DNA from: Eledone cirrhosa | Lineage: Eukaryota | Reading direction: 5' to 3' | DNA length: 64,000 bases | Assembly: GCA_964016885.1 (NCBI GenBank) | Contig: OZ024740.1 | Location: 376,836,001 to 376,900,000, forward strand | Shown: positions 47,994 through 61,533 of the stretch, one piece after another | How positions within the stretch are numbered: the stretch's first letter is position 1 | Layout of the letters: every line of letters begins with the position of its first letter | Position numbers and translations under genes: made by a program | The notes under the pieces: generated by a model | Told to the model about the DNA's origin: nothing | Databases searched by the model: none | Seen by the model: only the letters and a program-made list of their open reading frames with translations

Positions 47994-49332
47994 TCCTTGA
48001 GTCTCAGTCATTGATGTTAGTTAACTGAAAAGTTTGTTGGAATGAATATCAAGCCACTACCTGCAGCCTAAGATATTCAGGACATATCGGAGGGTTCTTG
48101 CTGTTCCCAGCAAGCATGCCTTTTGAAGCGTTCCAAAAAGCGTGAAGGGGCCGATTTTCTTTAACCATCCCTGGAAACTTTTGGAGATAGTCCCTAGTGC
48201 GCCTATGACAATCGGGATTACTTTGACTACATGGCAGTTCCAAATCCTTTTTACCTCCCACTTTAAGTCCTGGTATCGGTTAATTTTCTCCCTCTCCTTC
48301 TCTTGCACTCTCGTGTCGAATGGGCAAGCCACATCCACATTCAGGCACGATCTTTTTTCTTTGTCCACAACCACCAGGTCAGGTCTATTGTGTTCCAGTT
48401 TCTTGTCCGTCTGTATCCTAAAATCCCACAGCACCTTCACCTGATCGTTCTCTATCACCGCCTCTGGCTTTATCTAATACCATTTCTCAGAATGTGGTAC
48501 ATTGTTTACTTTGCACATGTGCCAGTGGATCACCCTGCCCATCACATCATGTCTCCAGCCCTTATAGCGAGTCTGGGCTAGGTGTTTACACTCGGATACA
48601 ATGTGAGCCACAGTCTCCTCTCTCTCTCCACAGATCCTGCACAGTGGGCTAGCCTCCTCCTTGTAAATATGGTGTTTCAACCACTTCGTTTTGAGGGCCT
48701 GCTCTTGCGCAGCCATTAACATTCCTTCTGTAGCCTTTTTAAGGTCTCCTCTTTTCAACCAGTTCCATGTCTGTGGATCTCTAAATTCAGTTTTCTCAAA
48801 GAAGGTACTATGAAGTGATTTTTCCTGAAGGCTGCTCTTTCTCCTTGATGTTATTTCCTCCTTGGACATCCCCTGGCCTATTGTCTCCTCCTTCAGTACA
48901 GTTCTGAGCATTGGCTCCTTACTATCAGTCACGTATTTGTGTAGGTTGTTTTTCTCCATCTGAACACAGTCCTCTATGCTGATAATACCTCTTCCACCCT
49001 CAGATCTCCTTAAGTAGAGTCTATCGACATCACTCCTCTTGTGGAACATGTTGTAGATAGTCAATAGCTTCCTAGTCTCCCTATCCATTTCTTTTTGTTC
49101 AGCAACATTCCATCTCAGAATTCCCGCACTGTACCTAATAATAGACACAGCTCGGGATTTACTGCGCTTATGGCATTTCTGCTGTTCAGATGTGACTTCA
49201 ATACGCTCCTTACTCTCCGAATGTATTCAGTTCTTAACAATTCCTTCATTGTTTTGTTCTTTATGCCATCAGCCTCCAGAACGCCCAAATGCTTGTATCC
49301 TTCCTCAGAGTCAATTTCCTTTATCATCTCAC
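47994..49332 (-). mobile_element. Dong-like copy, 5'-truncated, between (TAA)n tracts
   Basis: SDVDRLY..RSEGGRG, AAQEQAL, CRIC...ET..HIVSEC, RHD, HNRPD, DVACPFD; same 3'UTR as 40203-40280. Confidence 0.92.
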
Positions 49333-49333
<1 letters not shown>

Positions 49334-49404
<71 letters not shown>

Positions 49405-49405
49405 G
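49334..49405. repeat. (TTA)n microsatellite
   Basis: Direct reading; others at 40167-40202, 47969-47993, 50567-50597, 56562-56613. Confidence 0.95.
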
Positions 49406-49409
49406 TTGT

Positions 49410-50566
49410 TCTTTGAATCTCAGTCATTGATGTTAGTTAACTGGAAAGTTTGTTGAAATGAATATCAAGCCACTACCTGCAGCCTCAGATATTCAGGACG
49501 TATCGGAGTGTTCTTGCTGTTCCCAGCAAGCATGCCTTTTGAAGTGTTCCAAAAAGCGGGGCGGGGCCAATTTTCTTTAACCATCCCTGGAAATTTTTTG
49601 AGATAGTACCTAGTGCGCCTATGACAATCGGGACCTCTTTGATCTCATGGCAGTTCCAAATCCTTTTTACCTCCCACTTTAAGTCCTGGTATCGGTTAAT
49701 GTTCTCCCTCTCCTTCTCTTGCACCCTCGTGTCGAATGGGCAGGCCACATCCACAATCAGGCACGATCTTTTTTCCTTGTTCAAAACCACCAGGTCAGGT
49801 CTATTGTGTTCCAGTTTCTTGTCCGTCTGTATCCTAAAATCCCACAGCACCTTCAGCTGATCGTTTTCTATCACCGACTCTGGCTTATGCTCATACCACT
49901 TCTCAGAATATGGTACATTGTTTACTTTGCATAGTTGCCAGTGGATCACCTTTCCCATCACATCATGTCTCCAGCCCTTATAGCGAGTCTGGGCTAGGTG
50001 TTTACACTCGGATACAATGTGAGCCACAGTCTCCTCTCGCTCTCTCCACAGATCCTGCACAGTGGGCTAGCCTCCTCCTTGTAAATATGGTGTTTCAACC
50101 ACTTCGTTTTGAGGGCCTGCTCTTGCGCAGCCATTAACATTCCTTCTGTAGCCTTTCTAAGGTCTCCTCTTTTCAACCAGTTCCATGTCTGTGGATCTAT
50201 GAATTCATGTTCTCAAAGAAGGTACTATGAAGGGATTTTTCATGAAGGCTGCTCTTTCTCCTTGTTGTTATTTCCTCCTTGGACATCCCCTGGTCTATTG
50301 TCCTCTCCTTCAGTACAATTCTGAGCATTCGCTCCTTACTATCAGTCACGCATTTCTGTAGGTTGTTTTTCTCCATCTGAACACAGTCCTCTATGCTGAT
50401 AAGACCTCTTCCACCTTCATATCTCCTTAAGTAGAGTCTATCGACATCACTCCTCTTGTGGAACATGTTGTAGATAGTCAATAGCTTCCTAGTCTTCCTA
50501 TCCATTTCTTTTTGTTCAGCAACATTCCATCTCAGAATTCCTGCACTGTACCTAATAATAGACACA
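49410..50566 (-). mobile_element. Dong-like copy, 5'-truncated, between (TAA)n tracts
   Basis: Same RLE motifs and 3'UTR as 47994-49332. Confidence 0.92.
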
Positions 50567-50812
50567 TATTATTATTATTATTATTATTAATATTATTGGT
50601 TGGTTAAGCCACGCTTCTTATCGCCTCCAGTCTTTTTCAACGTTTTACCTCTTTTTCAACCGTTCTAAACCTTTTATTCAAGTTTTAAATTTGATAAAAA
50701 TTTAGAAGAATTGACCCACCTAATACAGGGGTTCACTAGTAAATAATACGACACCCCTTTACGTGGTGTCGTATTCGTATTTGTGTAAAAATATTTTTTG
50801 AAAAATTTCAAC

Positions 50813-52840
50813 ATGGATAACACAAAAAAGAGAGAGAGCACTGTCAGACAACACAGAGAGAGGGAGACTTTATCAGCATGTCAACAAGACAGCGTTCCAG
50901 CGGAGGTAAATATAAACGAAAATATTACAAAGGAAAAAAAGATTGTTACAGATTTAAAATTAACAAATATTTCTAACACAAACAACACAAACAATAACAC
51001 CAACAACATCACCAACAACAACACCAAAAATAACAGCGGTAAAGTCGAGAACGACAATAACAAAAGTTACAGCGGTAAGGTCGAGAACGACAATAACAAA
51101 AATAACAGCGGTAAGGTCGAGAACGACAATAACAATGACAATAACAACAGCGACAACAACAATAATAGTAGGGATAGTATCAACAAAAACAACAATAATA
51201 ACAACAGCCACAATAACAGTAACAGCAGCAACAGTATCAACGAAAACAACACCAACAACTGTACCAGCGAAAAGAACAACAATGACACCGATACCTGTAA
51301 TAGCGACCTCAGCACCACCAGTAAGACCAGTAGCGGCAGCAATAGTGGTGCTGCTGAAAAAGGGACCACTTCTTTTGCAGGTGTCGCCCGAAATATCGAG
51401 ACAGTGTTAGTCACAGAGCAGGAGATGGCAGTCGCAAGGGCCATGGTGACAAGAAGCGCAAATAGAGTTTCCCTGAAACCTCCACCCGATTTTTTCAAGG
51501 ACCAGCAGCTACGAATGGTGACTTACCGCACCGTAAGCAAAATCTAACATCGAGTGGAGAGAGCCACGGAGGCTCAAATCCAAAAGGCCTTGGGGTGCGT
51601 CTGGGCACGCAAAACCCACATCACCCGAGGCAGAAAGTACGCCACAGTAGACGTACTTTTCGCCACCCCCCAGGAAGCAAAGTCGCACTCTTTGGAAACC
51701 CTAAAGAGTGAGGAGTTAGTATTGGTGCCCTCCTACTGCGGGCAGAAAATTGTGAGGGTCAAAGTGACCCAGGTCCCACCCGACGTGCCCATACCTTGGC
51801 TGGCCGCGTCTGTCCTTGCTGGAATTGAGAACAGGGCGACCATGCTGCAAGTAGAAAAAATAGGGAGAGAGAACTGGTCAGGTATAGGCATGCAAATGCT
51901 TATACAAACTGACCAGGAATGTATCGAGGCTATCCCCGATATCATAGACTTTGAGGAAGGACTCCAACTCCCTATAAGTGTAGAAGGAAGACGGTCAAAA
52001 TGGTATCTATGTGAGTCGAAAGGTCACCTCAGGGCCTTTTGCTCGCAGAAGACACCGAAGAGGGCCCCTCTCCTTCCAATACCTGGTCTGCTGCTACCAA
52101 GAGCAGGACAGGCAACAAACGAAGAAGCCCCTTCCACGGTGAGTAGGAGGGCAACGTCCGTAGCACCCGTACCAAGGCCACGGATAACTAAAGCAGCATC
52201 ATCAGTAGCGGCAACACCAATAGCTACATTTGAAATAGCTACACCAGCAACAACATTGCCGAAGAGGGCTCCACTACCACCACCAACAGCCGTGGAGCAC
52301 ATACCCCTCCCAGACGCCACAGAATCCGACATGGAGTTTGAGGCGGAGATTAACGTGGCAAACAGTCTGCCACAAAAAACAAAAAACAAAAAACCCTTAG
52401 ATTCACCCTCCAAAAGCGAAGGCATACAAAGAGGGGTAAAGGCAGCAAGGAAACTTGCAGCAACACCACCGCAAACACAACAAGACACACCAAAGAGCAA
52501 CAAGAAGAAAACGGCAACAAAATCACCCCTCCCCCCCAAAAAGTACACAGCCATAAACATAGCAAAAAAAGAACTCATAAAATATATAAAGCAGCACACA
52601 GACATCACGGAAAAAAATTACTACACCCCACCAACACCAAGAACTCTCCTGACAAACGTAAGCATCATCGAAATCTCAATAGAACAATACAAACCTTTAA
52701 AACAAAAATTCCCCAACGCAGTTGGAGACTTCAGTGGGCCGGTTACCAAGAGGATATACACTGACATCCTCTTGGAAACACCCATGACCAGCGAAAGGGA
52801 CGGTTCTACTGTCCCTTCACCACACGAACAAGGTAAGTGA
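50813..52840 (+). pseudogene. Tx1 ORF1 with one in-frame stop (51545-51547) and degenerate knuckle
   Basis: Asn-rich N-terminus, SVEGRRSKWYLCESKGHLRAFC (first Cys replaced by Trp), ends QGK*. Confidence 0.85.
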
Positions 52841-52872
52841 CCCTTTCTCATTTGCCCCGTTTCTCATCCAAC

Positions 52873-55800
52873 ATGGCTGTACTCAGAATAGGCAGTATAA
52901 ATGCACGTGGCCTGGGGTCATCTTGGAAGCAGCGTCACCTGCTCAATGACCTCAGGTCACTAAACATAGATGTGGTGGCCATCAGTGAAACCAGAATCTC
53001 CGAGGCACGGGCCTTCGCACCGATCTTCGTCGGCTACGATGTATACGCATCTCCCAGCCGTCCAGGATTGGGGGAGGGGTTGCCGTCCTTTTTCGGAGAG
53101 GCTTGGATCTCGCGATACGGGCCATCTTCCTGGACCCAGAAGGTAAGTCGGTGGTGCTGGACGTGACCGGCAGCGAAGGCAATGCTTTCAGGCTAGTAGC
53201 CGTCTACGCCCCAACGGGGGCAGGGCGGCCAGATTTCTTCAGACGTCTAGAGACCTTTCTTGGAACGTCCCGCTCTTTAGTGTTAGTGGGCGACTGGAAC
53301 GGTATCTTGGATGCACGCTGGGATCGTGTGGGGCTAGTGGATAGGGGAGGAGGGTGCAAGAGCCTCACTAACCTGCTCAGACGTTTTGAACTGTCTGACA
53401 GGTATCGACTGGATCACCTGAATGTGCCAATGTGGACATGGACAAACCGCATCGGGTCATCCAGCTCGTATCTAGATAGGGTTTTCTGCAGGGAACTAGA
53501 TAAGGCTAGTATAAGTTATCCACAATTTAAAATAGTTGACTACACAGACCACAAATTTGTGATCTGTGAGATCGACATAGACAGACTTCATAGACAAGGG
53601 CCTGGTTACTGGAAGCTGAACGCGTCTTTCCCGGCGCGCAAGGCCTACAGAGACCGGATTAGCGTATTAGTTAAGCGGGCGTTGACGGGAGCGGTCGTCA
53701 ACAACAGGTGGTGGTTCGCCCTGAAAAGGGCAATTAAAGTAGAGTCGATTAGGTTTAGCAAAGGAGTAGTGATAGAGGAAAATAGAGTAGAGGGAGAGCT
53801 AGTTAGAAAGCTAGAAGAAGCGTTTAGGACAGGCATCGCAACCGACGTGCTTGCGGCGAGATTGGCACTCGACCAATTCTTCAACGCAAAACACGAAGGC
53901 TGCGTTGTCAGAGCTAGAGCGCGTGCTCTGAAACACGAGGGGACAAAAGCCGTCCAATGGGCCCGGGTGGCAGAGGCGCGAGGTGGCAATAAATCCACAA
54001 TTCGGTCTTTGTCTGACCAAAACGGGTGAGTGATGCTCGAACCCGAGCGGATGTGTGAAGCTTTTCAGCAGCACTTTGCTGAACTGTTCGGGAGCGGCGG
54101 CGGCCCGGATCGGAGCATGGACTTCAGTGCATACCTCGCCGGACTGCCTCGGCTCTCGACGACCGCAGCACAGTGTTGCGAAAAGCCAATAACAGCCGGT
54201 GAAATACGGGAAGCGATGGCTAACTGCACAAGAGGTAAATCGCCAGGTTTAGATGGTCAGCCCTACGAGCTTTATGCATTTATGCCAGACATGTTCGGTG
54301 ACCTCATGGCAGACGTCTACTGCAACTGGCAGCAGAACGGGAGCATTCCCAGTTTTGTGAGCCGGGGAGCAGTGGAGCTGCTTAGAAAAGACCCGAACAA
54401 GGGGGATGTTATTGATAATTTCAGGCCCATAACCCTGCTAAACGCAGAGTTCAAGATTTTGGCCAAGGTGTTAGCAACGAGGTTGGCGCTTGTCATCAAG
54501 GGTCTGGTGGGAGAGGCGCAGACATGCGCCATCCCGGACAGATCCATACACGACAACCTCCACCTCATGCGATACATCATAGAGAGGGTAGTTAAAGAAC
54601 CTGGCAAGGGTGGGGCCCTGATCAACTTGGATCAATCCAAAGCATTCGATAGGGTCGACCATCGGTACCTGGCGGCGGTCCTCGGGGCAGCCGGTTTCGG
54701 GCCCGTTTTCAGGCGTTGGATCGCAGCAATGTACAGTGACATCTGCTCAGTTGTGAGGGTGAATGGTCACCTGTCGCAGCCGTTCAGCATCATGCACTCA
54801 GTCCGCCAGGGTTGTCCCCTCTCGTCCCTCTTGTACGTATTGGCTCTCGAGCCGTTACTGCACAAACTGGAGGCGATGAGGAGCGTCCCACGCAAACTAG
54901 GATGCTGGAAATCCTAGTCGGGTCACGCTGACGACGTCACCGTGGTGGTGTCGAGCACCAGACACGTCCAGATGCTCGGCACCGCTCTCAAGGAATACGA
55001 AACGGTGACAGGACCAAAGATAAACCAGGAAAAGTCGGTGGGCTTGCAGCTAGGCACCTGGAGAGGCAAGTCCATGCCGTCCGACAGCATCGTGGGGCGT
55101 TGGACAGACGGACCGGTTAAATTGCTCGGGGTCTGGTTCGGACCGGACCTCCAGATGGAGAAAAACTGGAACGAGGTGACGAGCAGGGTGGCCTCCCTCA
55201 CCCAGAAATGGGCTGAGAGGAAGCTGTCCCTGAAAGGCCGGGCGGAAGTGGCGAATGCGTACATCGCATCCGTCATCTGCTACCGTCTCACCGTACCGTC
55301 GTCCCTTGCTCCAGCCCAACTCTCACCAAAATGGAGCGCCTCCTCTTCCGCTTTTTGTGGAAGGGACGCGCTCCCATGGGCAGACGATCCATCTGCTGTC
55401 AACACCCGTTGCGTGGAGGACTGGGCATGCCATGGCTGATGATGCGCAAACATGCGCTGAGGCTGCGACATCTCTGGTGCTTCCTTGATGGTGAACGGGT
55501 GTGGTCGCCGTTCGCCAGGCACATTTTCCCACAGCTCGTCTCCTTGACGGAACTGCAGTCCTGGGTCAGAAAAAGACCGAGGGATAGCGCTTGGAAACTG
55601 GAATGTCTCCAGGAGCTCACTGCCCTCTCCCAGTTGGGCACCAGTATCGGTGGAACATCCACCTCCGCGTTCTATAGAGGACTAGTGGAGGGGAAGAGCG
55701 ACGACGTTCTCGGAGAGATCCTGGGCGTCGAAGAAGATGAGCTGCTTGCTCTCTTCCGGAGAACTTTCAGCCCGGGGCCTATGGATAACTTCCAAAAATC

Positions 55801-56272
55801 CCTGACCTGGCAGTGCTACCGGGGAGCGCTGGCGGTTCGAGATAAGCTCTACAGGCACGGAAGTGCCGTCAGCCGAGCCTGTCCGAGATGCGCGCATAGC
55901 GACGAAACAGTTGTGTACGTACTCGTTCAGTGCCCGAGCATTGCTGACTTGTGGAGCTATGTCGAACAGTTGCTATCACGTGTGGGACTGATCCGGTTGT
56001 CGACTGAGTCCATTGTGCAGATGGTCTCGCCGTCTTCCTTTGAGGAGGAAGGGCAGGCGGTTTTCATCTATCTGGTGGTAGAGATTGTGTGGTGCACAAG
56101 GTTAAAAGGATTAAAGACAAACGCTTTCTTCTTCGGCGAATCCCTGATTAACTTTTTCAAGTTTCACTTGAAGAGGAAAATAAGGGTGGAGTGGCAAGTG
56201 CTGCTTTCTAGCAAGTTTGTTGAAAGGTGGGTGAATGTAGCGAGAATGGTCCGAGTGAATATACGTCTGTAG
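52873..56272 (+). pseudogene. Tx1 ORF2 (APE + RT + zinc finger) with frameshifts and stops
   Basis: INARGL, GDWN, YLDR, TDHK, GYWKLN, KSPGLDG, NFRPITLLN, DQSKAFDRVDH, RQGCPLS, HADD, CPRC. Confidence 0.93.
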
Positions 56273-56559
56273 TTTGAGAGATGGAAAAATTGAGAGAGGG
56301 CGCTTGCCCTGGTAGTCATGGTAGCCGTGGTCTTTTGTGTGGTTTTCGCCACGAGTAACCCTCGGAGGTTTCCCTCCTATTGGGGAATTTTTCATTGTTT
56401 CAATTTTCATTTTATTGTTTATATATATATATGTTTTATGTCTTTTTTCTTTTCTTATATAAATAATAAAAATATTTACACGCACAAAACCCACATCGTA
56501 CCGTCCTGTTCCGTCTGTGATGTTTTTCTTGATGTCAGCCCTTGTGGCCAATAAAGAAA

Positions 56560-56615
<56 letters not shown>

Positions 56616-56654
56616 CATATTTATGTATTCAAGAGCTTGTTCTCTTGTAATAAT

Positions 56655-57765
56655 GCTTTCTTTATTAACCACAAGGGTTTACATAAATTAGACATTAAGG
56701 ACAGTACAGGACAATACAGGACGGTACAAATGCGTATTTCTGCGTGTAAAAAACAAAAACAGAGGATGTAACAAACAAATAACAATGAAAAATTCCCCAA
56801 TAGGGGGGGGGGAGACTTCCGAGGGACATTTGTGGAGAAAGCACATTAAAAAGCCACAGTGACCCTGCCTACCAGGGCAAGTGCCCTCTCCCAGTTTTCC
56901 ACCTTTAATTTACAGACACATACTCAGAGTAGGCCCATTCACTCGGGCCATTCTTGCTTCTCTCACCCATCTTTCAACAAAATGCTGGGAAGAGAGCACT
57001 TCCCTCTCTACTCTGATTTTCCTTTTCAAATGAAATTTGAAAAAGTCAATCAGAGCATCACCGAAGAGGTAAGTGCTCGTCTTCAGCCCTTTCAAACGTG
57101 TCCACCATACTATCTCTTTCGCCATGGCGACCAGACAGATAAAAATTGCCTGCCCTTCCCGGCTAAAGGAAGAGGGCGGGGGCAATCCTCACGATTGACG
57201 CAGCTGATAGCTGGATCCATCCTACATGCGACAGCAGGTGTTCGACATAAACCCACAAGTCAGCAATGCTCGGACACTGGACGAGTGCGTGCGGGATGGC
57301 TTCGTCGCCCTGCGCGCATCTCGGACATGCCCGGCTGACGTCACCTCCATACCTGAGGAGTTTATCCCGAACTGGCAAATCTCCTTGGTAGCACTGCCAG
57401 GCCAGGGATTTCTGGAAGTTGTCCATAGGCTCCGGCCCGAAAGTTCTTCCGAAGAGATTGGCTAGAGTTTCTCCAAGTACGTCGTCGCTCTTAATCTCCA
57501 CTAATCCTCTATAGAACGCCAAGGTGGAGTTTCCACCGATCATATTGCCCGATTGGTCGAGGGCTGTGAGCACCTGAAGACATTCCAGTCTCCAAGCGCT
57601 CCCTCTCGGTCTTCGCTTGACCCAGGACTGCAGCTCCGTCAAGGAGACGAGCCGGGGAAAGACGCGTCTAGCAAACGGCAACCACACCAGATCACCGTCG
57701 AGGAAGAGGTGGAGATGTCGTAGCCTAAGTGCCTGTCAGCGCATCATCAGCCACGCCATGCCCCC

Positions 57766-57796
<31 letters not shown>

Positions 57797-59168
57797 ACGT
57801 AGCGGGTGTTGACAGCAGATGGACCGCCTGACCATCAGAGCGCGTCCCTTCCACAAAAAGCGAAAGAGCAAACGCTCCAGCGCAGTCAGGCGAGGCTTAG
57901 GACAAGGTACGACGGTCATGTGGTAGTAGATGACGGACGCGATGTACGCGTTAGCCACCTCCACTCGACCTTTCAGAGATAGCTTCCTCTCCGCCCATTT
58001 CTGCGTGAGAGAAGCCACCCTGCTCGTCACCTCGTCCCACTTTTTGTCCGTCTGGTGGTCCGGACCGAACCAGACCCCTAGCAATTTAACCGGTCCGTCC
58101 ATCCAACGCCCGACGACAGTGTTGGACGGCATGGACCTGCCTCTCCATGTGCCGAGCTGCAGGCCCACTAACTTTTCCTGGTTGATTATTGCACCTGTCA
58201 CCGCTTCGTATTCTCTTAGTGTAGTGCCGATCGCCTCGATGTGTTTGGCGTTCGACACCACTATGGTGACATCGTCCGCATATGCTGACACGGATCATCC
58301 GCATCCTAGTTCGCGCAGGACCCCCCTCAACGTCTCCAGTTTGTGAAGTAATGGCTCGAGAGTCAATACGTACAAGAAGGACGAGAGGGGACATCCTTGG
58401 CGGACCAAACGCATGATGTTGAATGTTGAACGGTTCCGAAAAGTGACCGTTCACTCTCACAACAGAGCAGACGTTGCTGTGCATGGCAGCGATCCAGCCT
58501 CTGAAGACGGGCCCAAAGCCAGCCGCCCTCAGGACTGCCGCTAGGTAACGATGGTCGACCCTATCGAAAGCTTTCTAAATTGATCAAGGATCCACCCGTG
58601 CCAAATTCCCTAGCTACCCTCTCCACGATGTCTCGCATGAGGTGGAGGTTGTCGTGGATGGATCTGTCGGGAATGGCGCATGTCTGCGTCTCTCCCACCA
58701 GACCACCAACGACAAGCGCCAACCTCTTTGCTAGCACCTTGGCTAAAATCTTGAACTCTGTGTTTAGCAGAGTTATGGGCCTGAAATTATCTATGTTATC
58801 CCCCTTGTTCGGATCCTTTCTCAGCAGCGCCACCGCTCCTCGGCTTACAGAGCTGGGAATTCGCTGTTGCCAGTTGCAATAAACGTCCGCCAAGAGGCCT
58901 CCGAACAAGTCTGGCATTTGTACGTAAAGTTCATAGGGCAAACCATCCAAACCAGGCGATTTACCCCTTGTGCAGCCAGTCATTGCCTCCCGTACTTCAG
59001 CGGCTGTTATCGGCTTTTCGCAACACTCCGCCTCAGTGGCCGAGAACCGCGGCAGTCCGTCGAGGTAGACACTAAAGTCCATCCCTCGATCCGGCCCGCC
59101 GCTGCCCCCGAACAGCTGAGCGAAGTGTCGCTGAAAAGCTTCACACATTTGCCCGGGATGGAGTAGCA
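56655..59168 (-). mobile_element. Tx1-like copy G, 5'-truncated, tail-to-tail with copy F
   Basis: RT fragments KSPGLDGLPYE, NFRPITLLNTE, YADD, CPRC; 3'UTR ending AATAAAGAAAGCATTATT. Confidence 0.9.
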
Positions 59169-61221
59169 TTGTTGTTCTCTTGTAGTAATGATAGATTTTG
59201 TGGGGTTTTACAGAGCTCCAAGGCTTCGCACATTTGGGGAAATATTATAAGATATGATTGCTTTTGTCTTATTTTCAAAGATGCTAGCTGCAAAAGTAAA
59301 TGCAATTGACAAACCAAAGCCGATTTTCTGTGTTTTCGGTTACGAGAACTATAGAACTGTACATAAAATATATTTGCAGAAAATATAATATAAATCATAC
59401 AACGAATCTGTAACATCTAACTGAATTATAGACGACTTCAGATTCATGGTAAATGAAAAATTTGACGTTTGATGTTCATGTGTGCCGTGATATTATTATA
59501 GATGGTGTGAAAAGGTTACACAAGAGAACGGTGTATGAAGAGAAATGTTTTTAAAATATATCATTTTATACGGTAAATGCCTATATTTCAAATATAATAG
59601 TGTTGACTACAGTATATTAGTAAGGTAAAAGATATTTGCATTTTCTTCTGAAAAATAGGACACACAGTCGTGTATCTCCATATTAAAAAATCTCCAAATT
59701 CGCATGTACAGTCAAGTGTTTCTGTGAAGTAATGCTGAACTATCCTAAGTCCTTATATGCACTAAGACATGTCTCACAGGAGACCATGATGTCATTATCT
59801 AATCTTAGACAAAATAACATGTAAACACACAGAAAATATGTTGTCTATCAATTTACAAGCGCAATGATGACTAGCGGTCTTGTTCAGTCCAAAAGATCAA
59901 AAATGTTTTCGCACATGGAAACTGTGTTTGTAATGCATGGTTGAGGACATGCGTTAATGTTAGTTGCTATTGTAATGTTGGATCCAAACGAGCGGAAAAG
60001 TGTGTTTAATGCAGTACTATTTTTGGAAACATTTTAAAGGATTATTGCTAATGTGAGTACATTCCATTGCTTTTCTGATAGTTACACTAGATGCATTACA
60101 ATCAGTAGTGCTGTGTTGTAATGAAATATGCAGTGAACTCATAACAACAGGACTTAACCAAAGAGTCATTGATTTTTCTTACTTTAGCACACCACTTTCT
60201 AGTCCTGTCCGATTCTCTCTGACTAATCCTCAGTAAAAATACTGTAAATCTGATATTCTACTTTTTCTACCTGTAAGAAAATAATGTTTGTTTTCACTAA
60301 CTCACAAAGGTATTATATATTATGGAGAGTAGGTAATATAATGGTACAAGTTTTTGTTTTTTTCACACGGCAACTAGAAACATAAATAATGTGAACTTAT
60401 ATCAACTGAGATCATAACAATGTCGTATTCTTGATGAGTCAGTAGATTGCTTCTTGGTCTACAGCATCAACATCAAATACATTTTTTAGACTTTTTTATA
60501 CTTATTTTTAAAAGACAACTTTGTTTTCTTGAATTTATTTTTTCACGTTCTTCCAAGAACCAGAAGTAGACGCAGATATGTTTTCGTGTTTATTCATGTT
60601 TCATGCAGTATCTTGCTTAATATATAACAAGAAACAACTGACATGAAAGAAAATCACATTGCCTTTTACGTTTCGTGTAGACTGTTTAGTAGTACTATAG
60701 GGAAATCTTATGAGAAATGTATGAAATAACTATCTCTTATATTGCGTCGTGTCGAGGCGGTAAGCTTTGTCTAAAGTTTAGAATAACGATTCTATACAGC
60801 GGAAATTGGGAATCTATAAACTTCTGCTTACTAAGCACATTGTCTATTTAGAATTTTGATATATTTTTAATCTCCTATACATTGAACAGAGAAAGAGGAA
60901 ACCAACTTTATTTTCAGGAAATTGAGTATTTTTCTCCAGATTTGTTCTATCTAAAGTTATAACCACCAATATCATGAAAATTAATCTACGTTTTGCAGAT
61001 ATCAAACAAATGAATACGTTAATGAACTAACTCCTTCCTATATTTTGCTTTTGAATCTATTTCATGCGTATTCATATGACAACCAGCTGGAAACATCATC
61101 CAACATGTTTTAACTGAACTGTTTATCGGTATTAGATAGCAGCTACTCTGATAATCAACAATGAGGGGACATTTATAGGCCTGTCATCATGAAAAATTGT
61201 AAGAAACACTGTTTGTGAATA

Positions 61222-61533
61222 CAGTTGTTCCCCGGTATTCGCGGGGGTTACGTTCGTAGGGTACTCGCGAAGAGTGAAAGACCGCGATTATTGGACGTGC
61301 TCCATCAAAATGCCTATAAACGTCAACACATAACGTAAATATAGGCCGGCAAATACGGTATATTGTTATTAATCATTTTGCATTAAAAAGCTTGCCACGA
61401 AAAAAGCCACTAAAAAATCACGGAAAATATTTACGATTCCGTGAATATGCGGTGATTTCCACGAACAATTATTAGTAAGGTTTTAAAGAAAATTCCGCCA
61501 ATAACCGGGACCACGAATGCCGGGGGTACGCTA
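61222..61533. mobile_element. Tigger/pogo-like MITE
   Basis: TA|CAGTTGTTCCCCGGTATTCGCGG left TIR and imperfect right TIR CCACGAATGCCGGGGGTACGCTA; ~310 bp, non-coding. Confidence 0.65.

Larger units (their letters stand above)
50598..56561 (+). mobile_element. Near full-length Tx1-like retrotransposon, copy F, flanked both sides by (TTA)n
   Basis: 5'UTR, ORF1, ORF2 (APE, RT, CPRC finger), 3'UTR ending AATAAAGAAATC then (ATT)n. Confidence 0.92.

Noticed and set aside
59640-60290. Host exon or DNA-transposase remnant after a minus-strand TTTTCTTACAG acceptor
   Set aside because: All frames stop quickly and no convincing motif recognised
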